Counted from the stretch's first letter, positions 8,589 through 18,737 are shown. The stretch is DNA of 51,618 nt from Candidatus Omnitrophota bacterium (GCA_043823375.1 JBDRAX010000043.1:1-51618); one strand, 5' to 3'. The notes: a model not told the origin generated them from the sequence alone. Translations and numbers: made by a program.

Positions 8589-9992
8589 ATGTTGTCCAGA
8601 CAGGTAAAACTCAAAGGGGCCCGGGATTCGGAAAAAGTCCTTACGCCTACGTATGCTTCCCGCGAATTGAATCAGGCAGTGCCGAAATACGAAATGCCCG
8701 AGAAGGAGATGCTTCCGAAGACGGCGTATAATATCGTGCATGATGAGCTTATGCTGGACGGTAATTCCCGGCTTAATCTCGCGACGTTCGTGACGACATG
8801 GATGGAGCCGGAGGCGAGAAAGCTGATGTCAGAGACATTCGACAAGAACATGATCGATAAAGATGAATATCCTCAGACAGCGGAGCTTGAGCTGCGCTGC
8901 GTGAACATGCTTTCGCGCCTTTATCACGCTCCGGAAGAGGGCACGGCCTGCGGCTGTTCGACGATCGGGTCCAGCGAAGCGGTCATGCTGGGAGGGATGG
9001 CGCTGAAATGGAAGTGGCGCGAGCGCATGAAAGCAAAGGGAAAGCCGGCCGATAAGCCTAATCTGGTCATGGGCGTCGACGTCCAGATATGCTGGGAAAA
9101 GTTCTGCCGTTACTGGGATATCGAGCCGCGTATCATCCCTATGGAAAAAGGCCGCTGCATTGTGAACGCGGAGGAGGTCATAAAGCGCGTAGACGAGAAT
9201 ACCATAGGCGTAGCCGTTATCATGGGTACGACATTCACCGGGCAGTACGAACCGGTCGAGGAGATCAACAACGCGCTCGATAAGCTCAACAGCGAGACCG
9301 GCTGGGACGTGCCGATACACGTTGACGGCGCCAGCGGCGGTTTCGTCGCGCCTTTTATACAACCCGGGCTGAAATGGGATTTCCGGCTGAAGTGGGTGAA
9401 GTCCATAAATGCTTCGGGGCATAAGTACGGGCTGGTCTATCCCGGGGTGGGATGGATCATATGGCGCGAGTGGGAGGAACTGCCGAAGGACCTTGTCTTT
9501 TACGTCAACTACCTCGGCGGGGAGATGCCGACTTTCGCCATCAATTTTTCGCGGCCCGGCAACCAGATAGTAGCGCAGTATTATAACTTTCTCAGGCTGG
9601 GTAAGGAGGGTTACACGCGCATCATGCGGTCGCTGCGTGATACTGCTTTGTATCTTTCGGGCGAGATCGCGAAACTTGGGCCTTTCGAGCTCTTGACCGA
9701 CGGGAGCGACATCCCTGTTTTCGCTTTCAAGCTCAAAGAGGAGACTAATTTTACGGTATTCGACATATCAGAAATGGTCCGCGATAGAGGGTGGCTCATA
9801 CCGGCGTACACCATGCCGGAGAACATCCAGGATGTGGCTGTACTCCGCATAGTGGTCAAGGAGGGTTTCAGCAGGGACATGGCGGACCTCTTGATATCGG
9901 ACATTAAGCGCGTACTGAAGCATTTCGCGGAACAGCCGGGGCATAAGCCTACAAGGCCGGCAAAAAAAGATAAATACCGTAAACATTGTTAG
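8589..9992 (+). CDS. gadB: glutamate decarboxylase (PLP-dependent)
   Basis: 467 aa. Contains NLATFVTTWMEPEA, DEYPQTAELE.RCVNML and the PLP-lysine motif SINASGHKYGLVYPGVGW. RBS AAGGAGGAG. Confidence 0.95.
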   Translation: MLSRQVKLKGARDSEKVLTPTYASRELNQAVPKYEMPEKEMLPKTAYNIVHDELMLDGNSRLNLATFVTTWMEPEARKLMSETFDKNMIDKDEYPQTAELELRCVNMLSRLYHAPEEGTACGCSTIGSSEAVMLGGMALKWKWRERMKAKGKPADKPNLVMGVDVQICWEKFCRYWDIEPRIIPMEKGRCIVNAEEVIKRVDENTIGVAVIMGTTFTGQYEPVEEINNALDKLNSETGWDVPIHVDGASGGFVAPFIQPGLKWDFRLKWVKSINASGHKYGLVYPGVGWIIWREWEELPKDLVFYVNYLGGEMPTFAINFSRPGNQIVAQYYNFLRLGKEGYTRIMRSLRDTALYLSGEIAKLGPFELLTDGSDIPVFAFKLKEETNFTVFDISEMVRDRGWLIPAYTMPENIQDVAVLRIVVKEGFSRDMADLLISDIKRVLKHFAEQPGHKPTRPAKKDKYRKHC

Positions 9993-10004
9993 AAAGGGAC
10001 GGAC

Positions 10005-11429
10005 TTGGAAAGGACATCTGCCGCGCCTGAGAAAGGCAAGATCGGTTTTTTCGTGCTGGCCATGCTCAACGTGGCCATTATTTGCACGCTGAGGGGCCTG
10101 CCGGTGATGGCAAAAGAGGGCTTCGCGCTTATCTTCTACTATGCCGCGGCGGCAGTTCTTTTTCTTATCCCGGTCTCCCTTGTCACGGCGGAACTCGCTA
10201 CCGGTTGGCCTCCCGAGGGCCCCGGTGGCGTCTATGTGTGGGTGAATGAGGCGTTCGGCCGGCGCCTTGGGTTCCTCGCCATATGGCTCCAGTGGATACA
10301 GAACGTTATATGGTATCCCACGGCGCTTTCCTTTCTCGCCGCTACTCTGGCGTATATTTACGACCCCGCTCTTGCCGGCAATAAATTGTACCTGATAGTT
10401 GTGATACTGGCCGCTTACTGGGGGGGCACGTTCGCTAATTTCCGGGGAATGAAGACTTCAGGTGCTATAAGCGCTGTTGGGGTCATCTGCGGTATTTTTA
10501 TCCCAGGCATGTTCATCATTGTTCTGGGCGCTCTGTGGTTTATGCAGGGGAACGTGTCGGAGGTCGTATTTTCCGCCCGGAAGCTCATACCGGACGTGAC
10601 TAATATCGATAACATCGTACTGTTCGCGGGGGCGCTTTTAATATTTTCAGGGATAGAGGTCTCGGGCGTTCATTCGCAGGAGGTAAGAGATCCCGGGAGG
10701 GATTATCCCCGGGCGATATTTATTTCGGCCGCAATAGCTATTGCTGTTTTGACCATGGGGTCCCTTGCTATCGCTGTAGTGGTTCCCCAGAAGGACATAA
10801 GCCTCGTAGCCGGCCTAATGGAAGCGTTCAGGCTTTTGCTCGACAAGTTCGGGCTCAGGTGGCTTATCCCGCTGATAGCCATACTGATCACAATGGGGTC
10901 GATAGGGGAGTTGAGTTCCTGGATAATCGGGCCGAGCAAGGGGCTTTTAAGTACCGCCAGGCACGGGCACATCCCGCCGTTTTTGCGGAAGGTGAACGCT
11001 GAAAAAGTGCCTGTTAATATCCTTCTCGCGCAGGCTGTTATCGTCACACTGCTGGCGTTCGTCTTTCTTCTCATGCCTACGGTGAGCGGTTCTTACTGGA
11101 TACTTTCAGCGCTGTGCGTAATACTTTATCTTGTCATGTATCTTTTTCTTTACGCGGCCGTGATAAGGCTGCGTTATTCCAAACCCGGCGTCCCGAGAGC
11201 CTATAAGATACCGGGAGGTTTTGCCGGTATCTGGATAGTAGCGGGGACGGGGTTCCTCGGCGCGCTCGCCACGCTGGTAATAAGCTTTTTCCCTCCGTCA
11301 CAGCTTAAAACAGGGAATAAGTTTTTTTATGAAAGCTTCCTCATAGCGGGGACACTCCTTATGTGTTCCATACCTTTTGTCCTGGGGTTTTTCCGCAGGC
11401 CGTCATGGGCGGCTGAAAAGGGGACATGA
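10005..11429 (+). CDS. gadC: glutamate:GABA antiporter (GadC-like), copy 2
   Basis: 474 aa and collinear with the 7168 protein (LAMLNVAII.TLRGLP.MAKEG, LQWIQNVIWYPT, GPSKGLL). TTG start 12 nt after the gadB stop. Confidence 0.85.
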   Translation: MERTSAAPEKGKIGFFVLAMLNVAIICTLRGLPVMAKEGFALIFYYAAAAVLFLIPVSLVTAELATGWPPEGPGGVYVWVNEAFGRRLGFLAIWLQWIQNVIWYPTALSFLAATLAYIYDPALAGNKLYLIVVILAAYWGGTFANFRGMKTSGAISAVGVICGIFIPGMFIIVLGALWFMQGNVSEVVFSARKLIPDVTNIDNIVLFAGALLIFSGIEVSGVHSQEVRDPGRDYPRAIFISAAIAIAVLTMGSLAIAVVVPQKDISLVAGLMEAFRLLLDKFGLRWLIPLIAILITMGSIGELSSWIIGPSKGLLSTARHGHIPPFLRKVNAEKVPVNILLAQAVIVTLLAFVFLLMPTVSGSYWILSALCVILYLVMYLFLYAAVIRLRYSKPGVPRAYKIPGGFAGIWIVAGTGFLGALATLVISFFPPSQLKTGNKFFYESFLIAGTLLMCSIPFVLGFFRRPSWAAEKGT

Positions 11430-11617
11430 AGATGGGGCGTATATTAGTTCTACGTTATACATAAGATTTCGGAGCGCCATTTAATATCACGAATCTTAAT
11501 GGCGGATTAACAAAACAGGTTAAGCCGATATTTGTAATACAACTTTAATAAATAAATAGTTTCAGTATAAGATGTTTTTCTCCGCGAGCAGTTTTTTCGC
11601 GCTGAACGTGAATATTT

Positions 11618-12529
11618 TCATTGTTTTTCATGCCACGCTGACCATTTATCCGCGTCCCTTCCGAAATCTTCTCCTGTCAGAGACTTTAAAGATGAGAGGG
11701 CGGACAGCTGAACGTCTTTGAAATTATCTTTGAGGGCTGTTATCAGCGCGGGTATAGCCTTTTTGTCGCCTGTCTCTCCCAGTGCCGCGGCAGAGGCCTG
11801 GCGTACGCCGTTGTCGTTGTCCTCCGTGACAGATACTATCAGTATTTCTAACGAATCTTTATCTTTTATCCTGCCGAGGGCCTTTGCGGCAAACGCTCTT
11901 ACGCCCGGGGATCTATCTTCTGATAAGGCTTTTCTCAGGGCGGGAGCGGTTGCCGGGTCAGATTTCGCGAACATGAGCTCAGCGGAGGCGATCCGTACGC
12001 TTTCCGTGCTGTCGTCCAGAAGTTTTAAAGCGCCCGCGGGTACGGTATCTGTTCCATAGACAAGGAGCGCTTTCAGGGCGGCTTCCCTGACCGAAGGTTC
12101 TTCGTCTCCGAGGGCTTCCACTGTCGCGGGTAAAGCCGCGTTGTCCGCTATCTCTTCCAGGGCTTTGCACGCGGCCACGCGCACCTTGAAAGATCGGTTC
12201 TTCAGTGCCCTGATCAGTTCGGGTACAGCGCTTTTCGCGTCCATTTCCCCGAGGAGGTTGCAGGCAAGTACCTTTGTCTCGAACTCCACGTCTTTCTTTT
12301 TTAATACTTCCGTTATGTACGGCACCGCGTCCGGGCCTATGTTCTTGAGCTCTCTGTAGCCGTCTCTTTTTGTGCCCCTTGCCTGGCTTTCCAGTTTTTC
12401 CACGCCTCTTTCGATCTTTTTTATCTGTATGGAAGAAAGTTCCTCCCCGGCCGGGCAGGATAAGGTATCGAGATACAACAGCGATACGCAAAAGAAAAGA
12501 ACTGATACGCGGCGGATGTATTTTTTCAT
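11618..12529 (-). CDS. secreted HEAT-repeat (PBS-lyase HEAT-like) protein
   Basis: 303 aa with an N-terminal signal-like segment (MKKYIRRVSVLFFCVSLLYL). Repeated ~30-aa units (VR.AA..ALG.I.D..A.P.L...L.D) are typical of HEAT_2/PBS-lyase repeats. RBS AAAGGAGG. Confidence 0.8.
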   Translation of the reverse strand: MKKYIRRVSVLFFCVSLLYLDTLSCPAGEELSSIQIKKIERGVEKLESQARGTKRDGYRELKNIGPDAVPYITEVLKKKDVEFETKVLACNLLGEMDAKSAVPELIRALKNRSFKVRVAACKALEEIADNAALPATVEALGDEEPSVREAALKALLVYGTDTVPAGALKLLDDSTESVRIASAELMFAKSDPATAPALRKALSEDRSPGVRAFAAKALGRIKDKDSLEILIVSVTEDNDNGVRQASAAALGETGDKKAIPALITALKDNFKDVQLSALSSLKSLTGEDFGRDADKWSAWHEKQ

Positions 12530-12810
12530 TTAGAGCCTCCTTTTTCCGGAATATGGAATATGTTTTTCGCGCGAAGAACTATACCGCGATATAAAACCCT
12601 GGAAATAAGTATACCATATTGTAAAGGGCAGGATAAGGCGCGGCGTGGGATAAATATAGATATTGAGGTATCAGAGCGGAAAAATATTTTGCCGGGCATG
12701 ACAGGCCATCCGGCCAGGATAATTCCGGAAGCCTGACGGCGCTCATGATAGAGCTTTTTGTCACCGGGCTTGTGCTATCAGCCGCCAGCCGGAACTGACA
12801 CGCGCGCCGG

Positions 12811-12870
12811 GAAAAGAACTTCGGGGGCAGGGGTTGAGTCCGCCCCCCGAAGTTCTTTTCGTTTTTTTTA
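12811..12870 (+). terminator. intrinsic terminator-like hairpin + T-tract with no annotated upstream + strand gene
   Basis: The arm gaaaagaacttcgggggc (12811-12828) pairs with gccccccgaagttcttttc (12842-12860), giving about 18 bp with a 1-nt bulge. gtttttttt follows at 12861-12869. Confidence 0.6.
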
Positions 12871-12910
12871 GAGAATATTATTCCCGGGGCCGCCGTATCC
12901 CTCCCTGAAT

Positions 12911-12938
12911 TTGCTTAGAACTCAGAGTATGGTAAAAT
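12911..12938 (+). promoter_or_regulatory. sigma70-like promoter for the 1823-aa gene
   Basis: TTGCTT (12911-12916), a 16-nt spacer, then an extended -10 TGgTAAAAT (12930-12938). Confidence 0.45.
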
Positions 12939-13105
12939 ATATCAGGGATGCCGGAATAAAATAATAAACAGAAAAAAAGGGGGGAGAAATCGCTTAAGTC
13001 TCAGAAACAAGACCCCATTTATGAAGCGGACAGATCTCGATCAATAAAAAGGCCATAAAGTCTTTTACTCACGCCAAAAATAAAAAGCGGGAAAGGTGGA
13101 CTGTA

Positions 13106-16100
13106 ATGAAAAAGAAGAATATCTCAGTGGGTTCATTAAGCTTAAGTTTGTCCATGCTTATTTTCATGATACTGGCGTCTGTGCTTCTGCCATGCGGCGC
13201 GTACGCGCAGAACGGCGCGGGTTACGATGACGCTATCCCGCTTTCGACCGGCGAAACGGTTTCCGGATCGGTCGGGCTTAACAGCACGAAATATTATTCG
13301 TTCCGTCTGGAAAGCGGGCAAAGCGCGAAGATCACCATGCAGCCGGTTGGAAGCGATAAGGACCTTTACATAGACGGCCCGGCCGGGGGACAGATAGGTG
13401 TAAGCGGGAACCAGAATACGGAACTTGAACAGTGTGATATCGCCGCTTCGGAAAGCGGCACATACTACGCCCGTGTGCATGGTTTCACCGAAGGGCTTTT
13501 CACTATTAACGTCGCGGTTAAAGGGGGCGCCGCTCAGCCCGCGTCATCCGCCGCCGCGCAGACAGACGGGGGTTTTTTCGGCGCTATGCCTCTTTCGGGC
13601 ACTCATACCGCGTCTATCAGCGCCGGGCAAAAGCATTATTACTGGTTTGAACTTTCTACGGGGCAGACCGCGGCTGTACGCCTGTCAGCGTCATCATGGG
13701 ACCAGGACCTCTATCTTTACAGCGCGCCTGACGAAGGGGCGCTTATCCAGATCAGCGGCAACCAGCGGGGCCAGTCCGAAGAGGTCAGTGTGACAGCCTC
13801 GGCTGATACGAGGTATTATGTAAAGGTAGACGGCTGTGAAACCGGCCCGTACACTTTAACCCTGTCTATCGAAGGCGGGGAGGAACCCGCGATCCAGCCG
13901 AAGGCTTCGGTTTCGGGCGGCTTTATGAACGCTGCTCCGCTTTCGGGAACGCTTACGACACTTATCAGTACCGGGCAAAAGCATTATTACTGGTTTGAAC
14001 TTTCCCGGGGGCAGAGCGCGACCGTGTCCATGCCGGCTTCTCAGTCTGACCAGGACCTCTACATTTACAGCGCGCCTGACGAGGGATCGCCTATCCAGGT
14101 CAGCGGCAATCAGCGGGGGCAGTCCGAAGAGGTCAGCGTGACAGCCGCGGCTGATACGAAATATTATGTGAAGGTGGACGGCTTTGAGGCGGGTACATAC
14201 ACATTGAATTTATCGGTCTCAGGCGGCCCAGGGCAGCCGGCCGCGCCGGCCGCCGGGTCCGCCCCGTCACCGGACAAAGACACTGTTCCCGTCAGTGTAA
14301 TACTGACGTCTCATACGGATAAAAATAAAAGGGCCGATAACCGGCCCAGATTTCACTGGAAAATAGAACCTGAAACTCCCGGCATAGCCGTGAAATATCG
14401 CGTTTATATCGGCACAGACCCCAATAACATGAAACCGCTTTACAACAATAACCTGATCAGCGAACCTTACTGCGATACGGATAAGCCGCTCTTCTATGAT
14501 ACCACGTATTACTGGAAGGTCCGCGCCTTTAACGCGGCCGGGGCCGTTCTTGGGGAAAGCGAAACAGCCGAGATCATCACGCTTTTTCCCAATGAGGATA
14601 CGATCAAGCTTTCCAACCCCATCAGCGTAGATCTTTTTGAAGGGGAGGCGCTGAAGATATGGTTTGACACCCCTGACATCTATTCGATGAAATTGCATTT
14701 TGAGTATATAAAAGCCGCGCCGGAATGGAGCGCGGTCCAGGTCACTGATCCAAAAGGGGCCGTAGCATGGGAAATAAGCGTTACAGAGATAGAAGACATG
14801 TATTCCGCGCCCCTTTCCGGGAATACATGTTTTTTACAGATCCGGAGGGCTAATGAGGACGATCCTGTCAGTTATTCCATTGACCTGATAAACTATAGCA
14901 TAAAAGATCCGTCCGTTAAGTTGACTGAAGCGAATGTCCACTATGAGATAGTATCCAGGCCCGAAGCCCCTGCCCCGGAAACCGTTGACGCGCGGAACGA
15001 TTTTCCCGAAAAACGCGTCATGTTGAAATATCCTGCAGACGGACAGGAGTTTGACAGTTTTATGGACGTTCAGTTCCGGTGGCAGGCGGATAAAGAGGGG
15101 ACAAGGCCGCAGTATTACAGCTTTTATATAGGTACCGTCCCGGACACTCTTTCCTTGAGAATGGATTCTATCCTTGCCCAGATGTATACGATATCGTCCC
15201 GGGAGATGAGCTCCCTTCTCGATGACAACCGGCGGCTGTACTGGTGCGTAAGCTGTACTTACTATGATCCCGTATCCAATAGTTCCATTACAACCCGCAG
15301 CCCGGTCAGGAGTTTTTCGTTCAAGGAACCAGATAAACCCGTGGTCCGGCTCACGCGGCCTTACCCTGACAGCAAAAATGTCTCGCCGAAATTGACTTTT
15401 CACTGGGCCGTGGACCCTTCGGAGTTCCGTTTTTACCGTTCGCGGTTATTACTCGGCAAAACGCCCGAACAACTCGAACCCATCACGCCGCTTATATCCG
15501 AGTTCTATTACAGTATGGATAAGGACTCTCTCGAATATGACACGACGTACTTCTGGAAGGCGCGGGTATTCGCTCCGGAAGGGAAGGACCCTGTAGCTGA
15601 AAGCGAAGTGTTCAGTTTCCGTACTGAATCCCGGCCATGGATAGAAGTTATCCTTGAGCCCGCGGAACTCGAGAAGATAAACCGGGCCGGCCTGCTCCCG
15701 GGCCAGGCGATAAAGGTCACGCTGCCGGGATCGTCCATGAATAAAGCCTATTTCAGTGAGATCCGCTGTACCGCTGACTGGGGCCTGGTCCAGATAGTCG
15801 ATAGTTCCGGCGGGATCTTGTGGGAAAGGCGCGCTGCTATTCCCGATGTGTACACAGATGTATTCGACGGGCCTTCGTTCATCATAAGGACGCGAAAGAC
15901 GAAAGAAGAAGATGAGGCTTCGTATACTATCACGAAACTTTATTATAAGGGCGCGGACAGCGTTATATTTTCGCGGGATGTCCAGATCGAGATCGTCGGG
16001 GACCCGGTTTCAGGAAAGGACGAAAGCGAGACTTTTAAAACCACCAATGACCCCTGCTCCGGTATAGAAGAGGCCCGGGTAAGGCTTAACCGTCCTGACG

Positions 16101-18577
16101 CCGGGAAGCGGTTTTCCTACAGTACCGATATAAGGTTCAGCTGGAGCGTCGATACCCGCGGGATACCTTACGATACATGTGATTACTCGCTTTATGCCGG
16201 CGCTTCAAAAGAAACCATGGCCGAGTTCTCGGGGCTCAAGAACGCCGGATATAACCTCGGTGCGCGCGAGATAGAACGCCTCCTTGGCCCTGACGAAAAA
16301 GAACGGAAGATCATTTGGCAGGTCAAAGCGGTATATACGATAAAAGGCCAGCCTGGCCAGTATAAGGCGTTTTGCAGTCCTCCGCGGGACTTTTTCGTGG
16401 ATCCCCCGGTGAAGCCGTCTATTATCCTGAACAAACCCGACGACAACGCGAAAAATATTATTGCCGGGCCTGTCATTTCCTGGAGGATAAGTTCCGGGCT
16501 CACGGGAGTGTCATACCGTTCCCGGCTTTTTATGGGAAAAGACAAAGAAAATATGGCCCCTGTAAGCCCTAAGATAGATACGTCTTATTTCAGCCTCGCG
16601 GACAGGCCTCTTGACCCGGACACGACGTATTTCTGGCAGATAAAGCTTTATGACCATATCAGTGATGACCCGGTCGCGGAAAGCGGGACGCGGAGTTTCA
16701 AGACAGAGGCCGAGGGCTGGAAAGAGATCGTACTCGAGGAGCCGGAGCTCGGCCTGATCAACCGGACGGACCTGCCGGCATCAAAAGTTCTCAGGGTCGA
16801 GGTGCCGTGCGGTTACGTAAAAGTTAATTTCGCTGACGTTTTGACTGCCCCGGATAAGGCCTGGGTAGAGATAACGGATACTGCCGGTATGCTTTTATGG
16901 CAGATAAGCGGGTCCGTGTATGATGTAAAAAGCAAACCTGTATCAGGAGGGATCTTCAATATCCGCGGGAACAAAACCTCTATGGAGGATGAGCTGAAAT
17001 ACGATATAGATAAACTGTATTACAGGGAGGCGGGAAAAACACTTACATCCTCCGACGTGAAAATAACTATACGAGACGATCCCGCGGGCGCCATGGAAAA
17101 CGCCGTTAACCTGGAAGAGAAAGAAACACCTCTTGAGGATGTGGTTGAGGCGCGTGTTGACCTGAAACTCCCCGAGAGCGAAGCAGGAGTGCCTTATGGG
17201 GCCCCGGTTACTTTCTCATGGGAGGTTGACACCGAAGGGCTTGATTACGACACATTCTCTTTTGACCTTTATGTCGGTACTGATACGAAAAAAATGTTCT
17301 CCGTGGAAAACCTGGAAACATCGAGTTATACGCTTTCCCCGCGGGATATAGAAGGTATCCTTGAGAACAGCCCGGACCGCTGGCTTTACTGGTCCGTGCA
17401 GTGCAGATCCTCCGTACGGGGCGAGCCCGGTACGGTCCGCGTGTTCCGAAGCCCCGTAAGATCGTTTCTCGCCCGCAGGGAAGTAACTCCGGTGGTAACG
17501 CTGGAAACTCCGTCCAATAACGAGTCAGGGGTCTACAGAAGCACTCAGCTGCGCTGGAATGTCAAAGACGCCGATACAGGAGAATCCCTCAGCGGGGTAT
17601 CGTACAGATCTCAGGTATTCCTTTCCGAAGAAGGGAAACCATTGGCGGCTATCAGCCAGCCGCTTGATTATTGGCTGTATTCACTGAAATTGCATGTGCT
17701 TGAATTCGACAGGTCCTATCAGTGGATGATAAAAGTGATCGATCCCGCGCGGAACAAAGTTGTGGCGGAAAGCCCGGTATGGCATTTTTCCACAGAGAAA
17801 CAGATGGTGATCTATTATAAAAAAGCAGAAAAAAACGTCGCGGAGATCATAAAGAAAGCCAAAGAGGAAAAATCCCGGGAGGGGGATACCGTAAAAAAAA
17901 CAGATCAACCCCCCGTACGTCCCGAAACGCTTACGGAAAGGCCGCCGCAAGTTCCCGCGCTTACTAAGAAGGAACCGGCGGAAAGAAAGGTCGATATGAC
18001 AAAACTTATAGGCTCTCTCGAGACTGTTTCAAACAGGAATAAGCCTGTCGTAATGCCCCCTCCCGTTGTAAGCGGAGGCGGCGGCGCGGGCGCAGGTTCC
18101 GCCGCGGCCGCGGGAAAACAGCCCTCGTACGATCCCAACCCGGAAATAGAACGCGTTACTGCGCTGGCAGGGAAAGTGCAGTTCCCGAATATTTTCAAGA
18201 ACCCCGACGGTTTCAGGAGCGGGCTTAACCAGCTAATCGGTTATTTCAGGGAGCTATCCCAAATAGTGAGGGCGTATAAAAGCGGCGTGACCGCGGCGAA
18301 CCTTGAAAAGCTCCGGGATCTCGCTAACACCGAGAGGGCGAAAGCCAGGGATCTGATAAGAGCTCTCGAGAACAGTAAATACGCGCGGATAAAGAACCAG
18401 ACACTTAAGCCGCTTACGGATCTGGAGGCGGAAGCCACGAAACTGGCGGAACTCTCTGGCGGCGCTGTAAACAGGCAAACTTCAGTCGATACGCGGGAAT
18501 ATGAAGAAAATAAAAAGAAGATAGAACGGGAAACAAAAAAACAATTGAAGGAACTCGACGCCCTGTACAAACGGTAA
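13106..18577 (+). CDS. giant secreted repeat protein: 3x pre-peptidase C-terminal (PPC)-like domains, 3 supermodules of Fn3-like/beta-sandwich domains, C-terminal coiled coil
   Basis: 1823 aa. Signal peptide ...LLPCGAYA|QNG. Three units of the type A.PLS.G......I..G.KHYYWFEL..GQ......DQDLY.Y...(PPC-like). These are followed by repeating Fn3-like units ending ..TTYYWKVRA/TTYFWQIKL..., interleaved with W..VQ(V/I)(T/V)D..G domains. Then a K/E/P-rich linker, a GGGGAGAGSAAAAG stretch and a heptad-rich tail. RBS AAAGGTGG. Confidence 0.9.
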   Translation: MKKKNISVGSLSLSLSMLIFMILASVLLPCGAYAQNGAGYDDAIPLSTGETVSGSVGLNSTKYYSFRLESGQSAKITMQPVGSDKDLYIDGPAGGQIGVSGNQNTELEQCDIAASESGTYYARVHGFTEGLFTINVAVKGGAAQPASSAAAQTDGGFFGAMPLSGTHTASISAGQKHYYWFELSTGQTAAVRLSASSWDQDLYLYSAPDEGALIQISGNQRGQSEEVSVTASADTRYYVKVDGCETGPYTLTLSIEGGEEPAIQPKASVSGGFMNAAPLSGTLTTLISTGQKHYYWFELSRGQSATVSMPASQSDQDLYIYSAPDEGSPIQVSGNQRGQSEEVSVTAAADTKYYVKVDGFEAGTYTLNLSVSGGPGQPAAPAAGSAPSPDKDTVPVSVILTSHTDKNKRADNRPRFHWKIEPETPGIAVKYRVYIGTDPNNMKPLYNNNLISEPYCDTDKPLFYDTTYYWKVRAFNAAGAVLGESETAEIITLFPNEDTIKLSNPISVDLFEGEALKIWFDTPDIYSMKLHFEYIKAAPEWSAVQVTDPKGAVAWEISVTEIEDMYSAPLSGNTCFLQIRRANEDDPVSYSIDLINYSIKDPSVKLTEANVHYEIVSRPEAPAPETVDARNDFPEKRVMLKYPADGQEFDSFMDVQFRWQADKEGTRPQYYSFYIGTVPDTLSLRMDSILAQMYTISSREMSSLLDDNRRLYWCVSCTYYDPVSNSSITTRSPVRSFSFKEPDKPVVRLTRPYPDSKNVSPKLTFHWAVDPSEFRFYRSRLLLGKTPEQLEPITPLISEFYYSMDKDSLEYDTTYFWKARVFAPEGKDPVAESEVFSFRTESRPWIEVILEPAELEKINRAGLLPGQAIKVTLPGSSMNKAYFSEIRCTADWGLVQIVDSSGGILWERRAAIPDVYTDVFDGPSFIIRTRKTKEEDEASYTITKLYYKGADSVIFSRDVQIEIVGDPVSGKDESETFKTTNDPCSGIEEARVRLNRPDAGKRFSYSTDIRFSWSVDTRGIPYDTCDYSLYAGASKETMAEFSGLKNAGYNLGAREIERLLGPDEKERKIIWQVKAVYTIKGQPGQYKAFCSPPRDFFVDPPVKPSIILNKPDDNAKNIIAGPVISWRISSGLTGVSYRSRLFMGKDKENMAPVSPKIDTSYFSLADRPLDPDTTYFWQIKLYDHISDDPVAESGTRSFKTEAEGWKEIVLEEPELGLINRTDLPASKVLRVEVPCGYVKVNFADVLTAPDKAWVEITDTAGMLLWQISGSVYDVKSKPVSGGIFNIRGNKTSMEDELKYDIDKLYYREAGKTLTSSDVKITIRDDPAGAMENAVNLEEKETPLEDVVEARVDLKLPESEAGVPYGAPVTFSWEVDTEGLDYDTFSFDLYVGTDTKKMFSVENLETSSYTLSPRDIEGILENSPDRWLYWSVQCRSSVRGEPGTVRVFRSPVRSFLARREVTPVVTLETPSNNESGVYRSTQLRWNVKDADTGESLSGVSYRSQVFLSEEGKPLAAISQPLDYWLYSLKLHVLEFDRSYQWMIKVIDPARNKVVAESPVWHFSTEKQMVIYYKKAEKNVAEIIKKAKEEKSREGDTVKKTDQPPVRPETLTERPPQVPALTKKEPAERKVDMTKLIGSLETVSNRNKPVVMPPPVVSGGGGAGAGSAAAAGKQPSYDPNPEIERVTALAGKVQFPNIFKNPDGFRSGLNQLIGYFRELSQIVRAYKSGVTAANLEKLRDLANTERAKARDLIRALENSKYARIKNQTLKPLTDLEAEATKLAELSGGAVNRQTSVDTREYEENKKKIERETKKQLKELDALYKR
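13569..14264 (+). repeat. 348-bp in-frame tandem duplication (PPC-like domains 2 and 3)
   Basis: gggcaaaagcattattactggtttgaactttc occurs at 13625 and at 13973, a period of 348 nt. The two units are roughly 85% identical at the nucleotide level by eye. Confidence 0.85.
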
Positions 18578-18737
18578 AAAAATATGAATAGAAACGCGGG
18601 CTAGTATTTCGAAAAAAGGCGGCCGCGGAGTATTCAAAGTCACGCGCCTGAGGTAAGAGGAACTATAACATGATCATGTTTTGTGTCACCCGGCCTGACC
18701 CCGGCTTTTGTTTGCTGTCCGCTTTTTTCGCGCGGCG

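Noticed and set aside
7183-11074. Minus-strand ORFs inside gadC/gadB/gadC (e.g. 7183-7827, 8829-9422, 10703-11074)
   Set aside because: These are antisense shadow ORFs of GC-rich coding sequence, and the + strand products have unmistakable family signatures.
12579-12764. 61-aa minus-strand ORF in the HEAT-gene upstream region
   Set aside because: It has no RBS and lies within the probable promoter/leader region. No family was recognised.
13142-18570. Numerous minus-strand and alternate-frame ORFs within the 1823-aa gene
   Set aside because: All are nested in a continuous 5.5-kb ORF with coherent domain repeats. They have no independent signals.
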